From positions 1 to 12,385 of the forward strand of contig JAEOUG010000014.1 in the NCBI GenBank assembly GCA_016839445.1: DNA of 12,385 bases, read 5' to 3'. Within the stretch, counting starts at the first letter, position 1, and the number at the start of each line of letters is the position of its first letter. Made by a program: the position numbers and the translations under genes. The notes below the pieces were generated by a model. The model had not been told where the DNA came from and searched no databases. It saw only the letters and a list, made by a program, of their open reading frames with translations. Below, one piece after another: positions 6,966 through 12,385 of the stretch. Source of the DNA: Candidatus Thorarchaeota archaeon. GTDB taxonomy: Archaea; Asgardarchaeota; Thorarchaeia; Thorarchaeales; Thorarchaeaceae.

Positions 6966-7059
6966 ATTTGGTCAGCTACCCTTTTGATAAATGACCGTTA
7001 TAAGTATGAGGATGCCGGAAGCGCTGACCCTCCGTAGGAATCGAGAGTGGACCACGGAC

Positions 7060-7530
7060 TCACGAGTAGTCACTTGGAGTTCCCCAATCCTCCAGCTTGT
7101 CATCCACCTTCTGTTTCATGTGGATATGAACGACTATCCTTGCTGCATCCAGCTTCTGTTCCAATGAGAATAGTACACGGTCTCCGTGGCGGATGGCCTC
7201 AAGAACCAAGTCCAGTTCTCTTCGGAAGATACCCTCTCTCATACTGGCCCATCCCAGTCCGCGCCCTACTTCACAATGGACATGGAGCTCGTGATTAGAG
7301 CCAACAGATATCCACTCCGCCAACACTTCGTCTCGCATCAGTCGGGTGTACCATCCGCCCACCTGGTCCACATCATGCACTGCACCAATGGTGAGAATGA
7401 GTTCTCCAGTTCTATCGGAGTGCGTAAGTGTGTAGCAACGCGGAGTGACTGGCCCTGTCTGCTTGGTGGGAGGCACAAATCGAACACTCAGTTTCTCGGG
7501 CTTGAGCCGCTTCACTTCTATCAGCAGCAC
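7060..7530 (-). CDS. Stay-Green (SGR, Mg-dechelatase family) homologue
   Basis: KLSVRF, PRCYTLTHSDRTGELILTIG, GWYTRLMRDEVLAEW, LHVHCEV, IFRRELDLVLEAIRHGD and terminal EDWG match Staygreen family blocks. The true start may be GTG 7515. Confidence 0.92.
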   Translation of the reverse strand: MLLIEVKRLKPEKLSVRFVPPTKQTGPVTPRCYTLTHSDRTGELILTIGAVHDVDQVGGWYTRLMRDEVLAEWISVGSNHELHVHCEVGRGLGWASMREGIFRRELDLVLEAIRHGDRVLFSLEQKLDAARIVVHIHMKQKVDDKLEDWGTPSDYS

Positions 7531-7655
7531 TCTGTACTTCTCACTGATTAGTCCATATCATGGAGGAGAGAATGGGACACACTGCTGTGAATCGAATTCT
7601 GCTCAGTTCATGACGCTTTTATCAAAAGAGAAGTGCCCAAGATGAAAGGGATGGT

Positions 7656-8573
7656 GTGGCTGAAATGGCAGGAAACGCCGGCACGAAGGGTATCGAGATT
7701 ATCAGCAACCCAGCAAAGGATGACATCCAGGCCATCAGTCAAGGTTTTGAAGCAGTCAACATGGCCGCCACCAACAACGAGTACAACAAGCCTGAGGAGT
7801 GGATCTCTCTGGTGCTCAGGGATAATGACGGCAATGTCGTTGGGGGGATTCAGACCAGTACAGTCTACTGGGCCCAGTATCTTGAGGTGCTTGTGGTCGA
7901 CAAGAAGTACAGACGCCAGGGATATGCAAGTGACCTTGTTCTTGAGGCGGAGCGAATAGCCAAGGAAAACGGGTGTGTCAGTTCACATACCTACACTTTC
8001 AAATGGCAGGGTCCAGAGTTCTACAAGGCAGTGGGCTACAGAGAGATTGCCGTGTTCGATGGATATCACGACGGTCTCACCGAACACATCTTCATGAAAA
8101 GCCTGAATGAACTCACTCCCAGAGAGAAGAGGTCTGATCCTAAGAGATTCCGGGTTTCCAGAGATGAGAGCCCTGAAACGAAGAAGGCGGTTAGAAGCCT
8201 CCTTGGTGATGACTTCGAAGAGAACGCTGGCGTGCTCTTGAAGAAGTATCCCCAGAAGCTCTATGCACTTGCCCTCAAGGATCAAGCTGGAACAGTAGTA
8301 GGAGGCCTGAGAGGATATACGATAATGGGAACGATGTTTATCGAGGAGTTCTGGGTTGATGAGAAACACCGTAATCACGGACATGGTTCTGCATTACTAG
8401 AAAAGGCCAAGGAAATAGCTCTAGGGAACGGCTGCATATCATTTCAGTCGCACTGCATGTCCTACAGCAATCCCGGCTTCATGAAGAACCGTGGCTTCGA
8501 ATCTTATGGACACACAGATGGCTATCCCAATGGCGTGAGGGAGTACTATCTCATCAAACGCTTCGAGCAATAG
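7656..8573 (+). CDS. Tandem double-GNAT acetyltransferase
   Basis: Two homologous halves, each with an acetyl-CoA motif (VDKKYRRQGYA; VDEKHRNHGHG) and 'L.D..G.VVGG'. Confidence 0.9.
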   Translation: MAEMAGNAGTKGIEIISNPAKDDIQAISQGFEAVNMAATNNEYNKPEEWISLVLRDNDGNVVGGIQTSTVYWAQYLEVLVVDKKYRRQGYASDLVLEAERIAKENGCVSSHTYTFKWQGPEFYKAVGYREIAVFDGYHDGLTEHIFMKSLNELTPREKRSDPKRFRVSRDESPETKKAVRSLLGDDFEENAGVLLKKYPQKLYALALKDQAGTVVGGLRGYTIMGTMFIEEFWVDEKHRNHGHGSALLEKAKEIALGNGCISFQSHCMSYSNPGFMKNRGFESYGHTDGYPNGVREYYLIKRFEQ

Positions 8574-8626
8574 AGCCGAGCCAGCCTAGCGAGCGTAGAT
8601 TGTCGGACAATGATTCCTGAATAGAC

Positions 8627-9058
8627 TCACTCAGTCACTGGGCCGATTCCGAATTGAACATGATCCTTCCCCTCGATGAACCCTCTTGACCGGTAGAAGC
8701 CCAGAGTCTTCTTGTTGAATTTAGGCGCGAAGAGAGTAACGTAGCCGAATCGCAGGTCCTCACATCTTTTCAAAATGGCGTCGACCAGCAGTCGGCCAAC
8801 CCCCTGTCCCCTCGTCCTAGGATCAACAGCCAGTAGTGTGATGTATGCCCAGTCCCCCTTCATAGGCTGTCCAACCACAAACCCCACAACTCTGCCATCA
8901 ACCTCAGCAACAAAGAACATCTCATCATCGTCAATGTGTGCTTCAAAGAACTCCGCCGGGACATGATCTGCTCCAGGGTTATCGAGCTCGTCAATCCTGC
9001 TCAATTGAGCACAGGTTTCACAATCACCAGCCGCTCCTAGTCTAACCTTGATGGCCAT
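8627..9058 (-). CDS. GNAT-family N-acetyltransferase
   Basis: FFVAEVDGRVVGF, LAVDPRTRGQGVGRLL, N..TLGFY..RGF; SD GAGGTGA at 9069-9063. Confidence 0.92.
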   Translation of the reverse strand: MAIKVRLGAAGDCETCAQLSRIDELDNPGADHVPAEFFEAHIDDDEMFFVAEVDGRVVGFVVGQPMKGDWAYITLLAVDPRTRGQGVGRLLVDAILKRCEDLRFGYVTLFAPKFNKKTLGFYRSRGFIEGKDHVQFGIGPVTE

Positions 9059-9171
9059 AGAATCACCTCGCTAGTACTAATCGCGTTTCCCTAAAAACCC
9101 GTGTCAGGTAATTCGTGGTGAGGGTGTGATAGCAGTTAGAACTTGCCGAGGGCCTGACTCGAAAATGAGAA

Positions 9172-9248
9172 TGGTGCCGCGGCGCGGATTTGAACCGCGG
9201 ACAACACGGTCTTCAGCCGTGCGATCTCCCAGGCTGATCTACCGCGGC
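9172..9248 (-). tRNA. tRNA-Phe(GAA), intron-less, CCA encoded
   Basis: GCCGCGG TA GATC AGCCTGGGA GATC G CACGG CTGAAGA CCGTG TTGTC CGCGG TTCAAAT CCGCG CCGCGGC ACCA; TTTATA box at 9288-9283. Confidence 0.97.
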
Positions 9249-9308
9249 ATAGCCTGTACTTGGTGTTCGTCTGGTAATTCGATATAAAGATAGCGCCAAC
9301 GGAATGCA

Positions 9309-9782
9309 CTAGGCAAGCTTCTTCACAGCCATCTCGACTTCGTCGAAGGGCGGCAGTCTTCCGGGATCGTCGCTAACCCATTTGTAGACGACGGTTCCAT
9401 CAGTGTCAATCACAAAGACGGCACGTTTGGCCACCTTGGTCATTCCTGCAAGATTTCCATGGACTACATCATATGCCTCAATCACGGTCTTGTCCCAGTC
9501 TGAGAGGAGAGGAAACTGAATGCCGTTAGCCTCTTTGAAGGCTGCGTGACTGAATATTCCATCCACCGAGATTCCCAGGACATTGGCTCCGAGCTCATTG
9601 AAGTCTGCCAGGACATCCCTGAACCTACAGAGCTCCTCTTGGCAAACACTTGTGAAATCAGCTGGGTAGAACACTAGCACAACAGGCCCTCTCTCGAGTT
9701 CCTCACTCAGTGTAACACTCTTGCCTGGTGCCTCTAGGAGTGTGAAGTCCGGCGCATCACTTCCGATCTCTAGTCTTGACAC
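9309..9782 (-). CDS. Peroxiredoxin (AhpC/TSA family, AhpE/BCP-like)
   Basis: APDFTL, FYPADFTSVC (PxxxTxxC), LGISVD, FPLLSD, KRAVFVID. The likely start is GTG 9782 after GAGGGG; the track start is 9797. Confidence 0.92.
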   Translation of the reverse strand: MSRLEIGSDAPDFTLLEAPGKSVTLSEELERGPVVLVFYPADFTSVCQEELCRFRDVLADFNELGANVLGISVDGIFSHAAFKEANGIQFPLLSDWDKTVIEAYDVVHGNLAGMTKVAKRAVFVIDTDGTVVYKWVSDDPGRLPPFDEVEMAVKKLA

Positions 9783-9826
9783 GATACATCCCCTCATACG
9801 TTGGAGCGATTAGATAAGAACTCCTT

Positions 9827-10345
9827 CTACTTGATTCTGAAGTTCATGTAGCTGGCAATCACTGCGGTCAATCCTGCTGCCACGTTCACCGCAATTGGAT
9901 AGATGTAGATTGGGTCAAGGAAGGTCACAGTGGCCAACCAAGATGGAAGCCCACCTGCGTCTCCAAACGCAAATGGAACGAAGTAGAACATGAAGAACAG
10001 GCAAGTCAGGAGTCCAACGCCAACAAAGGCTGGCATATCCTCTCTGATCCTAGCGATGGACGAGAGTCTCTGAATCCAGTTGCCTTGAGTTCTCTGACGA
10101 CGCCTCACCTTTCTCTTTGCCACAATATTGGCCCATCGATACATTGCCTCTGCCATGAGGACGTAGGCTCCTGTGAGAACAGCCATCGCCCCAATCGCCA
10201 CAGCAAGCTGGAGTTCGGCGCTGAGAACGCTCACGTACACCTGTGCATGCCACAGGAGGGGGATCTGCGCGAAACCCGCGAGTCCAACGAACATGAGAAT
10301 GAGACCGGGCTTGCTGCCACGTCTCCACCATACTGCGAGGCTCAT
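9827..10345 (-). CDS. Hypothetical 4-TM membrane protein
   Basis: Four hydrophobic segments with a strongly basic central loop (KRKVRRRQR). Confidence 0.75.
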   Translation of the reverse strand: MSLAVWWRRGSKPGLILMFVGLAGFAQIPLLWHAQVYVSVLSAELQLAVAIGAMAVLTGAYVLMAEAMYRWANIVAKRKVRRRQRTQGNWIQRLSSIARIREDMPAFVGVGLLTCLFFMFYFVPFAFGDAGGLPSWLATVTFLDPIYIYPIAVNVAAGLTAVIASYMNFRIK

Positions 10346-10413
10346 TGTATCACATCTGGTCGATGAGTTGTCCGCTCAGTCTGCGGTCCCCACTTTAAGC
10401 TTTTGCTACACAG

Positions 10414-10983
10414 TCAGCGTTTCAAGGCGTCTATTTCGAACCAGTACACGTTGTCTTTTACTGAGGTCACTTCGAAGCCGGACTTCCTGAGGATACGTCC
10501 TATGCCCTGATGGTCTTGCTTGTGATTCCCTTTGACTCTGTAGCTCATCTTGGACAAGTAGCCGTCAGGGTAGATGAAGCGGCCGTTGAACGTCACAGCC
10601 TCGCAGCTATTATCAACCACAATCCCAAGGATTGACAAAGCTCCGGCCTCTCTCAAGACACGAGAGGTCTCTCTCAGTGCAAGCTCCTTTTCTTCCTGGC
10701 CGCCCATATATGCCAGAGAGAACCACAACGTAGCAGCCTCGAAGGTGCTGTTGCCGAAGGGAAGTGACTTCCCGTCGCCGACAAACCACTCGGCAGCTAC
10801 TCCATAGATGCGCGCCTCTCGAATCTTGCTAAGGCTTGTGTCAACCACACACACCCTGCCTTCGGCTAGACGCGACACAATCCCTTCGCCTCCTCCCCCT
10901 ATATCGACCACCCTTCCAAGGGGGACCTCTGGGAGGTTCACCTCTTGTACAGGCGTTTCGAGTCGGGCTGAGTCATTGGCCAT
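10414..10983 (-). CDS. Class I SAM-dependent methyltransferase
   Basis: Motif I VVDIGGGGEG, GDGKSLPFGNSTFE, RVLREAGALSI. Confidence 0.9.
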   Translation of the reverse strand: MANDSARLETPVQEVNLPEVPLGRVVDIGGGGEGIVSRLAEGRVCVVDTSLSKIREARIYGVAAEWFVGDGKSLPFGNSTFEAATLWFSLAYMGGQEEKELALRETSRVLREAGALSILGIVVDNSCEAVTFNGRFIYPDGYLSKMSYRVKGNHKQDHQGIGRILRKSGFEVTSVKDNVYWFEIDALKR

Positions 10984-11046
10984 GACTGTGTTCCATCCTG
11001 CGGCCTGATAAGAATTGAGCGGCAGGACAACGCTATATTGGCTGGG

Positions 11047-11280
11047 CTATGCCTCATCATCCTCGTCTGGTTCTGCCTGGCCAATCCCATACTTCTCCAG
11101 TCTAGTGAGGGCCAGAAAGAACACAATCACTACTCCTACGAAAAACAGACCTGTAGGGTCTCGAGGAATCTCAAAGAGAACCAGGAGAACAACTAGAATT
11201 CCCAGAATCGCTACCCACGTTCGCAACCTGTCAAGGCTCTTGGTCAGGTGCTCCAGTCTAGCTTCAGTGCTGCTCAACAC
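11047..11280 (-). CDS. Small 2-TM membrane protein
   Basis: Two hydrophobic helices and an acidic tail; GTG start with GAGAGG upstream. Confidence 0.65.
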   Translation of the reverse strand: MLSSTEARLEHLTKSLDRLRTWVAILGILVVLLVLFEIPRDPTGLFFVGVVIVFFLALTRLEKYGIGQAEPDEDDEA

Positions 11281-11510
11281 GAACCTCTCGCCTGTTCAAG
11301 CATGGTGCCTGCAATAAGAAGATGCCGGGCCATACCGTTTCAAGAGAGAACGCCCACTTGTCAGCGTAGGCGATAAAGCCAAGAAGAACCAGACAAATGG
11401 ACGACTCTCATACATTCATCTTGTTAGGGGATCCACGATCACCAAGTTCGAGGAGCTGTTATTACATACGGAGAGTATTGTCATAGGCCGACAGAGGTGT
11501 TGTCGAGGAA

Positions 11511-11681
11511 ATGAGTGATGACGAGCGCGACTCTGAGGTTGCCCGCAAAGTCGTAGCTATCATGCAGACCATCGCCGAGGACACAGAGGATAGGAGGAAG
11601 AGAGCCTGGCGAAAGATGCTTGGTATGTCAGACACCTCTGAGTCTACAGATAAGCCAACAGAGGATACGACAGGGGACTAG
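11511..11681 (+). CDS. Small charged hypothetical protein, 56 aa (not in ORF track)
   Basis: MSDDERDSEVARKVVAIMQTIAEDTEDRRKRAWRKMLGMSDTSESTDKPTEDTTGD; GAGGTG and GAGG upstream; hairpins follow the stop. Confidence 0.55.
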   Translation: MSDDERDSEVARKVVAIMQTIAEDTEDRRKRAWRKMLGMSDTSESTDKPTEDTTGD

Positions 11682-11807
11682 ATCTTATCATCGACTGATA
11701 GGTCCCGGAGGTCGTCAGACTCGGGGACCGGAATTGCTCTGACTGCTCCAAGCCTCTCGGTTATTAGTAAACACGCTGGGGATGTTGGCATCAGGAGATC
11801 GGCTTGA

Positions 11808-12385
11808 TTGAGGAGTCTGAGAAGGTTGTCCATTGCCATCTTCTTCTCATTGATTCTAGCATGCTGCTGCGTGCAACCCAGTGTGACAAACGAATCTGCT
11901 AATGGGCCCAGGTGTCCTTCTCGCACCAGCGACCACACATGGCACGAGAAGATTTGGATCTACGGAGATGAGCAGTTCATCGCACAGGCGGAGCTTGAGA
12001 ACTGGCCCGGCAATGGCACGGCAGAGAGCCCATATCTGATTACAGGATACTACTTCGACTCCTGGGATAAGCCATTCACTGTTTATCACACCACTGTCCA
12101 CTGGATCTTCATGAACAACATCCTTGAAGGAAAGCATGTGGACAGCCATGGTGGAACATGGATTCAGAACGTCACTAATGCCGCGGTGCTTGATAACGAG
12201 GTGTTCAACAGGCGTTTTGGATTGTCAATCACGGGCGGCTCGGGGCTCGAGGTATCAGGAAACTACATCCACGACTGCTGGGACAATGGTTTCGAAGTGC
12301 TAGCTGGGATGAACAACACGGTCATCGGCAACAATCTCATCGAGGATATCGGGGATGTCGGTATCTACTCAGGATACTCTCGCAA
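11808..12385 (+). CDS. Secreted/surface right-handed beta-helix (NosD/CASH-like) protein, 5' part, truncated by window end
   Basis: Open frame from TTG 11808 (SD AGGAGA) to the window end: MRSLRRLSIAIFFSLILACCCVQP...HEKIWIYGDEQFIAQAELENWPGNGTAESPYLITGY...VLDNEV...VSGNYIHD...IGNNLIED. Confidence 0.85.
   Translation, partial: MRSLRRLSIAIFFSLILACCCVQPSVTNESANGPRCPSRTSDHTWHEKIWIYGDEQFIAQAELENWPGNGTAESPYLITGYYFDSWDKPFTVYHTTVHWIFMNNILEGKHVDSHGGTWIQNVTNAAVLDNEVFNRRFGLSITGGSGLEVSGNYIHDCWDNGFEVLAGMNNTVIGNNLIEDIGDVGIYSGYSR

Noticed and set aside
6742-6987. 81-aa plus-strand ORF
   Set aside because: It is antisense to the better-supported Cys/His microprotein and has no recognisable features.
182-12149. 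Remaining overlapping or antisense ORFs in the track (e.g. 672-1046, 5088-5399, 7186-7551, 7983-8384, 11678-11938, 11856-12149)
   Set aside because: They are shadow frames of well-supported genes, with no motifs or translation signals.
1-12385. CRISPR array, IS element or transposase, rRNA
   Set aside because: No regularly spaced repeats, terminal inverted repeats with a transposase, or rRNA-like sequence seen.

Overview
Archaeal chromosomal window, probably Asgard (Thorarchaeia-like). This is inferred from ribosomal protein eS26, BHB-intron tRNA, TATA promoters with GGAGG/GGTG SD sites, and a WPGNGTxxxPYxI beta-helix protein. From left to right: a degenerate ferritin-like gene and two hypotheticals; a ~2 kb integrase-less island with one secreted beta-helix gene, bounded by a 39-bp duplicate of the tRNA-Val(GAC) 3' end; that tRNA-Val, with two BHB introns (23/24 and 37/38); dUTPase; a PadR plus HAAS-domain membrane protein operon with a clear operator and hairpin terminator; rps26e; a 56-aa Cys/His microprotein absent from the ORF track; a Stay-Green (Mg-dechelatase family) homologue; two GNATs; tRNA-Phe(GAA); a peroxiredoxin; membrane proteins; a SAM methyltransferase; and a second beta-helix gene running off the right edge. 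The best leads are the tRNA-targeted single-gene island, the archaeal Stay-Green homologue, the double-intron tRNA, the Zn microprotein and a possible structured rps26e leader.
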